A program made the position numbers and the translations under genes. Positions 56,807 to 64,000 of a stretch of DNA of 64,000 nucleotides are shown here, in pieces. Within the stretch, counting starts at the first letter, position 1, and the number at the start of each line of letters is the position of its first letter. The notes beneath the pieces are model-generated. The model was not told the origin of the DNA. It saw only the letters and a program-made list of their open reading frames with translations, and ran no database searches. This DNA comes from Selaginella moellendorffii (taxonomy: Eukaryota > Plantae > Lycopodiophyta): NCBI RefSeq assembly GCF_000143415.4, contig NW_003314262.1, positions 1,229,960 to 1,293,959 on the forward strand, written 5' to 3'.

Positions 56807-57905
56807 GAGAGCAGAGGCTCTAAGAGGTAAAACAAACTCTGTGTTGAGTTAAGCAGCGGCCAACACAAATCGCTGATGTGCCAGGACTCCTGGAAAGGTA
56901 ACTCATCCTTTCGAAATTGGTACTTTTTAATGTTCCTTTTTTCAGGAAAGCATCGTTGCCATGTGTATTTTCGGTTCCCCCTACTCCAAGGTTGCAAAGA
57001 ACAAGGAGATCCTGAACACATGCTACATTCCTTGACGAGCCAGAAGATTTCCAGTTCCCATGGTATACTATTGTTTGTTAGCAGATAGCAGCGAAAATAG
57101 TTGAAGAGTTCAAAGTTTACGAGAGACAAATTTGCTCACGTCACTGTATAACAATGCATTCATTGACGATGAGGCACTGACTGGTGGAAACAAGTCTTCA
57201 TGAAACAAATTGAGAAGAGTTATGTTTATGTTTAGTTTGATATATATATAAATATAATTATAAATATCTATACATATAAAGAGATAAGGCTCGCCGGCCG
57301 TTGGATTCCAGGCCCGGGCCAGGGTCGGTAGCCATGGTTGTGTGAGAAATTTTTCTGATGTTTGCTCCCGGCCAATGGGAGGCGGCCAAGCTGCGTGGGG
57401 CGGGAGAAGAAGCAACGACACGTGTCACATGCAAGTGTTTTTCGTATCATCATCCAAACTTTTTTTGTTGAGATCTTTTAAATTTTTCCTGCACAAATCG
57501 CCCCGTCGCTCCCGATGTGGAGCGCCACTGCTTTAGGGAAAGGGCAAGAGAGGGATGTGGTCGAGTAAATGCCCAGTGAAGCTGTGGCTCTCGGATCTCC
57601 CAGGCAGAGATCTTCCACTCTCTCCCGCTCAATCGCCACAGCATTCCCCACAGGAACAGGCACCAGCAGCAGATCCGGAGCTACAGTCTCGCCACCGTCA
57701 CTCCCGGCATGGAGGATCTCCACCGCTGCTTTAGGGAAAGGGTGTAGCTCTAGAGGAGAGCAAGTAAATGGCCAGTGAAGCTGCGGCTCCCAGTCCCCAC
57801 GGAAACAGGTGCCAGAGCAGATCTGGACCCACGGGCTCTAGATCCAACAGGTCCAGTGGTCCACCCAGTGGCAGCAGCGGCGCCTCCACCAGCGACGACA
57901 GAGGT

Positions 57906-58028
57906 GTTGAGAAGAATGCCATGGAGGACGTTTTCTCTCTTTGTTATGGAGGGATGGACGAGGGGGGTGGTGCGATGACACTCGGTGGTTTTCAGCCTCC
58001 AAAAGACATGGTTTTTACATTGTCTTGA
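57906..58028 (+). pseudogene. Isolated fragment of a plant A1 aspartic protease gene
   Basis: VEKNAMEDVFSLCYGGMDEGGGAMTLGGFQPPKDMVFT matches the FSLCYGGMD.GGGAM.LGG..PP.DMVF motif; no flanking exons seen. Confidence 0.7.
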
Positions 58029-58927
58029 TCATACTTTCAAGGACATTCTTCTTCACATTCCTCTTAAGCTTGGAAAGAACCAACACATCCATGAGCTGTC
58101 TACTCTGGTGAATGCCACTGGCCCCGACCAATATTTCATTGCCCCTTTGGCATTACGAGCCTCAATCAATGTAGTTACTCTTGAAGTGGAACATGAGTAA
58201 GTTAAAGAATGTTGAGATACCGGATCGGACCATCAGTGACGGTCACATTTACCAAGGAACTCTAGCTTTAGAAGCTTTATTTTTATTTATGCCTAGGGGT
58301 ATATTTTGTTCCAAATATTTAAATTTTCAAGAATTAATTTTTGTAATCAATCTAACATTTTCTAGGCCAATATTTGTTTTTTTGATACAATTCCAATTTA
58401 GTTTTTAATATATTAAAAAATCAAAACAGTATTTTGCTACCTACACAGGTTTGGATTTTATCTTTGACTATATTCTTTCTGTCAGTGATCGATTGACCTT
58501 ATGCGCAGTAGCTTCATGCAAGCGATGTTGCAAACTTCATCGAGAGCAAGCTTCATGGCATTCCTCCAGTGCTTAATTATTAATTATAAATATATAAACA
58601 TATATGGACACAATTAGCCGCACCAGAATATTCTTTGTATGGAAAAGAATATTATGTACCGATTAGAATTCCCCATACGCTCGGCAAACTGCACTCGAGG
58701 AGGAAGATAGCAACATAGCTTGACCCACTCTTCGTGACAACATTCCTCAGTGTGTAACAAAACATAGAGTTGACTATTTTCATAGAATAGGTTCTACTTA
58801 ATGTTTTTTGCAAACATTTTGTTAATTATATGTTAAATACTAACTCACGTCGCTTAACTTCACCGACAATGTCTCCCTTTACTCTGCTTCTGCTTCAATT
58901 GATTCATTCCCAGTTGCAAGAGTTTCA

Positions 58928-59613
58928 ATGAGGTTATCTCTTTATCCCGCTGCTGCATTTACATTAGCGTTGGATCTCCTCGCGTTCGGCCTTTCAGTCG
59001 GTTCTTCGTCCACAAGTTATCATGTAAGCCGCCTTCACTTCGCCCTTGAATTCACGTTTTCTGGCTGTAGGAAACCATTCAAGACGAGATTTCATCTGAT
59101 CACACCAGAATCAGATGCACTCCCAAGAGAGGAGAGGTAGCAAGCGGCTTAGCTATCAGAGCTGCCGTGTGTTTGCTTCTCGGCCAAATTACCGCCACAG
59201 ACACCACAAAATGCACTTGCTGTTCTTCGTCGCTTCATCGACGCGGATGCAAGATCCCTGCAATTATCCTCCTCACTCTTTCCTGGTATTTTCAGCAAAA
59301 AAATAAATAAATAAATCATTTATTTAAAAGATCAACTTATGTGGTAATGGCAGGATCTCTTTCGTGATCGCTGAACTCCTTGAACACGGCGGCCAGCCTC
59401 AGCAGTTATCAAGTGGAAAGGTTTGAAGAATCTGGTTGCAGCACTGTTCTGCAAGGCGTGAGTGTTGTGGGTGGTGCTTTTACACTCGTCACTTTGCTGC
59501 TCAGCATTGCCTACTTGTCCGTCTGCATGAGCGGCATGAAGAAACCGAAGAAGAAGACGAGCACCGACGAAACAAGCCGGATTGTTGATATGGAAGTCGC
59601 AAAACCAGTTTAG
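58928..59613 (+). pseudogene. DUF1218 / MODIFYING WALL LIGNIN-like small membrane protein, 3 exons, frameshift in exon 3
   Basis: Exons 58928-59023, 59071-59285, 59354-59613 with GT-AG introns. LDLLAFGL...KCTCC...LSWISFVIAEL, frameshift at ~59379, then C..VLQGV...GGAF. Confidence 0.7.
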
Positions 59614-59646
59614 ATAGAAGCTGTAGGCTAGCGCTGTATAAGATCG

Positions 59647-61611
59647 ATGATTCAGTTGACAGAGATGTGTGTTTCTAGCACCACCATCAGCCCAGCTCTG
59701 GACGTCTCGCTGCTGAAATCCTGCGCTCTTACCAGAAACTTAGCCAGAGGGAAACAACTTCACAGAGAGATCCATGCGTCCTGGCAAACAAACAACACAG
59801 TCCTCTGCAATCTGCTCGTTCAGATGTACGGGAAATGCGGGAGTTTGCCTGATGCTCGCGAAGTGTTTGATAGTGTTAAACAGCCTAATGCGTTCACTTG
59901 GAACATCATGATCCGTGCATATACAGAGAATGGTCAATTGCTGCAAGCGAGGATTTTGTTCGATAAGATGCCGATCAAGAATGTGGTTTCCTGGACGACA
60001 ATGCTGGAAGCCTACGGAAGAACTGGTGGTCTTGGATCTGCTTGATTCGATGCCTGATCGTGATCTAGTCGTCTGGAACGTGATGATGGAAGTGTTTGCG
60101 CAGAATGGTCCTCTACTGCAGGGTAGAAGCTTGTTTGAGAGCATAAAGATGTGGCTTCCTGGACGACGATGATCACTGCCTACTCGCAGATGGGTGATTT
60201 AGACTCAGCAAAAGATTTCTTCGATCGGATGCCGTATCGAAGCGTCGTTTCCTGGAGCGCGATGCTCACGGCGTACGCTCGCAACGGCAAAGTCGAGGAT
60301 TCGAGGAAGGTTTTTGAAGGAATGCCTGAGAGGAATGTTCTGGCCTGGACAGCCATGTTGGCTGCGTATTCAGTACGGACATTTGGACGAAGCGAAGAAG
60401 GTTTTCGAGTTGATGCCCGAGAAAGACGTCGTCTCTTGGAATGTGATGATATCTGGTTACGCTCACACGAAGCATTTTCGCGAGGCCGAGACATTGTTCG
60501 AAGAGATGCCGAGGAGAGACCTGGTTTCGTGGTCGCTGATGATCTCCGCGTATGCTCAAAACCGCTCGAGCAAAGGAATGCCTCAGCAGAATCTCATCGC
60601 CAGGAACACGATCGTAGCTGCGTACGCTTCGGAGGGCGATTTGGGACTTGCGAGGACGGTGTTCGATGCGATGCCGGAGAAGAATGTCGTATCGTGGACG
60701 ACGATCGTTAGAGCGTATGCGCAAAACGGTCATTTACGTGAGGCAAGGGTGTTGTTTGAAAAGATGCCTGAGAGGATGTCGTGACCTGGAACTCAATGGT
60801 CACAGCCTATGCTCAGAACAGACTGGTTGATCAAGCTGTGGATGTCTTGAATCAGATGCCTTGCAGAGATGTGGTTTCCTGGAACGTTACGATTCCGGCG
60901 TATTCGCACAACGGGCATAATCAGCAGGCCATCGCGTTGTTTCGAAAGATGGATCTTGAAGGCTTGCAACCCAACGAGATCACCTTCGTTACGATCTTCG
61001 ACGCCTGTGCAACGGTCTCGTTGCTCAGAGTCGGGAAGTCTGGATTCAGCGCGTTGGAGCCGGTTTCGACGTCGATCCTGACAATGTATGGGAAGTGCGG
61101 GAGTCTGGAGGAGGCTCGTCGGATCTTCGATGCGATGCCTGAAAGACGCACTGTGTCTTGGAGTGCGACGGTATCTGCATATGCACAGAGTGGTCATGGC
61201 CTGCTAGCTCTGGATCTCTTCAAGGAGATGGGTTTGGATGGAGTTGAACCGGATGGAATCACCTTCATCGCGGTGCTTTCGTCTTGCTGTCACTGTGGGG
61301 AGCTGAAAGACGGGTGGACGTATTATGTGAGCTTGAGAAACGACTATGGTGTTGATCCCATGGCTGAGCATTACATCTGCATCGCCGATCATCTGGGAAG
61401 AGCAGGAAGGCTGGCTGAAGCTCAGGATTTGATTCACAACATGCCCTTGCATCCTAGTCCCGTTGCTTGGACTCAGCTTCTTAGCGCATACAAGATTCAT
61501 GGGAATAACCAAACGAAGCTGAATGCAGATGAGCTTGCTCAACAAGTGCAGAAGTTGGATGAAACGAACTCGTTCTGTTACGTGCTGCTCTCAAACACAT
61601 ACGAATCTTGA
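59647..61611 (+). pseudogene. PLS-class pentatricopeptide repeat protein with E-type tail; several frameshifts
   Basis: Repeated MYGKCGSL..AR..FD.MP.K/RNVVSW motifs and HYICIADHLGRAGRL...YVLLSN; spread over ORFs 59647, 60151, 60314 and 60781 in different frames; no DYW domain. Confidence 0.9.
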
Positions 61612-61850
61612 TTTGAAATAGGTTTTCAACATTTCAGTGAGAACTATAGTGGGAAATTTTCAAACTTATTTCCCGGATGACATGAGTTGATCAAGATAAG
61701 TCCTCTCAGATTTTCAGGACAAATGACATTAACACTAGGATTACAAACTCTTAAATATATTATTTTGCTTTCCAAAATAAAATATTTAAAATTTTGTAAT
61801 CTTACATCTGTCTATAGCTAACATTCTTAAAGTTAACAAGTTTTCCTATC

Positions 61851-61905
61851 ATTCATTCCTTCGTTCAATCCATTCATTCATTTATTCATTCATTCATTCA
61901 TTCAT
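61851..61905. repeat. (ATTC)n microsatellite
   Basis: Imperfect ATTC run. Confidence 0.8.
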
Positions 61906-62061
61906 CACACAAACACTAGAGAGTAATAGCTATATGTTAATGGTTATGTTAGCGTTTTCTTCAGGTGTCATTCATCCATCAATCACAAAGATTTGAGTTT
62001 GTTTGTTGTTAAAATTTAAGTTTATAATCTTACATATACTGCAGTCATGACTTCCACAATT

Positions 62062-62500
62062 CATGCTGCAATCAAGCAGGACCTCCAGGCACTTCATGGC
62101 ACACTGACAGAGGACACACCCACAACCAAGTTATGGACATCCCTCTATCATGTAAGCATTTGTTAAATTTTGATTTTGTGCAGATTTGAAAATACTTGAT
62201 CGGGGTCTGGATGGCTTGTGTGCAGGGTGGGTAAGTGGCGCTGCTGCTGGGGTAAGAGATCCAACGAGCTTGCCTTGAATTATGTTTGAATTGAAACTGA
62301 TCGCAGGCACATCAACACTAGCTTGACGACGATGGAAGGGTGAGAACTCCGAGCGTTCTGCGAGATCACCGAACTGGAGTACATTCTCGAACCGGGCCGG
62401 CTCACTCTCGAGTTTATGGACGTGTACAGGATTCGCGGCAGCATTGACTTGCCGGAGCTGACAGACTTCGCAGACTATATAGTGACTACGAGATCTTCAC
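62062..62500 (+). repeat. Rearranged decayed duplicate of the window's left end: ~3815-4030 fused to BRWD intron/exon 2231-2545
   Basis: GCTGCAATCAAG.AGGACCTCCAGGCAC...AAGTGGCGCTGCTGCTGG runs directly into GGTAAGAGATCCAACGAGCTTG...TTGCCGGAGCTGACAGACTTCG. 62984-63047 also matches 3369-3427. Confidence 0.85.
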
Positions 62501-63284
62501 GAGCACACCTTTTGTCCCGAGTTGGGAGGATCTTTTTATACCATTCTTTCTAGAGCTCCCATGATACTCCCTCGGAGCCAAACAAATAAAGAAATTAAAG
62601 GTACCTCTTTGGAAAAGTGGCGATTCTACGTAACACCAAGAAAAAATCACGGGTGCAGTGATCGGATCGGAGCTCTTGCTCTCGAAGCTGAGCCAGAGGT
62701 TCTCGTTTTCAAGTCGAGGGTTGACCACTGCTGGGTTTTAGTTTTTGCTCCACGCACGCAACGCTTTCTCCACTTTGCAGGGCTTGGAGAGGCCAAATAA
62801 AGGAATAGAGAAGAAAGAAACTCACTGTGAATCCAAGATATCACAGCTGTTCCTCCGTGTTTTATGTGGCTGCTTTCCTGTGGAGCTCCAACACATGTAA
62901 GTCAGTCAGTGTAGCGCAGCTCTGGAAGAAAAGTGTTGATAGATTTTTCCATTTGCAGCGAAGAGAGCTGCCAAGGATCGAGTGAGGAGATGGAGGGCCA
63001 TCCTTCTCCTCTTCCTCCCCCTCCTCCTCTTGTCATCGAGGCCGCGTGAGCTCCTCTTCGATCCGGAAGCCGACGGTGATCACCCTAGCACCAGAAATCC
63101 CCCGCCAAGAACAAGAGGACGAAATCCCTGGATTGATCCGCTGCTCCTACTCTGGCCACAAAACCTCGCGGAGCCACCACGCCGGCGCCAAGATCCACAG
63201 CTCCTCGCGAAATCACGACGACAAGATCAAGATTCCCGAGAATGTGCCCGCGGAGGAAGATATCCAGCATAGTTGCAGCTAGAC

Positions 63285-63900
63285 GTGCAAACGTTCAAAC
63301 GCGTCCACGTTTAAACGCCGTTTAAAACGTTTTTTTCAGGACAATCAAACGTTTACATGTTAAAGCCTAAAATGATTAAGAAAACACTAATATTTACTAA
63401 AGACACTTTAATCTAATATTAAGTTTATAAAACCCAACCGAATAACATACTAAAACAAATGAAAGAAGAAGCCGTTTCGCTGTTCTGCTTGTCTCAGCAC
63501 TGGACCAGTTCTCCGTGCTTGCCACCATAGATTCTGCTGGCCCCCCTGAACCCTGTGCGGCTTGCTGCAGCAGATGCCCATCATCGGCATCTGCTGGGTC
63601 TGCTACCTCGAAATCGGAAAAACTGCTGCGAGGTTTTTTAAGGGTTCATGGCAGGAATTGGAGGACGCCGCAAATGCTGGAGCTGGAAGCATGTGATACA
63701 AGCAGAGCGGCACTGGACATGTAAGTATTGTCATGAGATTCACACTGGGGGAGCGGAGCGAGTCCGAGCACATCTTGCTGGAGTTTGGGCAAGAGGTGTG
63801 AAAACGTGCAAGGCAAAATAGTGCAAACGCGTTGGGAGTTTAGAACGGCGTTTTTTAACGCGTTTAAAACGTTACGTTTTTTTAGTTTCATACGTTTTCC
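63285..63900. repeat. Two clusters of AAACG/CGTTT motifs (63285-63355 and 63800-63900); possible DNA-transposon subterminal repeats
   Basis: Dense AAACG repeats on both strands; no TIR or TSD identified. Confidence 0.35.
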
Positions 63901-64000
63901 GGCAACTGGCAGCGCCTCCGTGGGAAGAATCCACGCCCGTGGCACAAGAGCAGCATCGATTCCTGCCGCCAATCCGGCTCCCGGGCTGCCATCTCTGTTG

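Overview
Eukaryotic, land-plant nuclear DNA. Very short introns, a PLS-type PPR gene and a self-priming chromovirus suggest a lycophyte such as Selaginella (inference). Layout: 3' part of a BRWD/PHIP-like gene with two compensating frameshifts (21-3234); two decayed + strand copies of an intronless ~420-aa P-loop ATPase with an ATPase_2/'archaeal ATPase'-like N-terminus (4675-8252); an F-box At5g39450-like pseudogene fragment; a decayed full-length Ty3/gypsy chromovirus (9305-14892) with 5-bp TSD, a Tf1-type self-priming PBS and a GGGAAAC -1 frameshift signal. It is followed by a - strand tandem array of 32 units of ~1.2 kb (9143-54304, chromovirus in unit 1), each carrying promoter plus a C-terminally truncated copy of the same ATPase; 22 units keep an open NTPase core. 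The amplified unit is bounded by a 12-bp inverted repeat inside TGTG(G) direct repeats, and the array faces the two full-length pseudogenes as a large inverted repeat. Right of the array: a possible DNA amino-methyltransferase relic, an isolated aspartic-protease fragment, a frameshifted DUF1218 gene, a frameshifted PLS-E PPR gene and rearranged copies of the window's left end. The ATPase array is the best candidate for an undescribed system, but no function can be shown from sequence alone.
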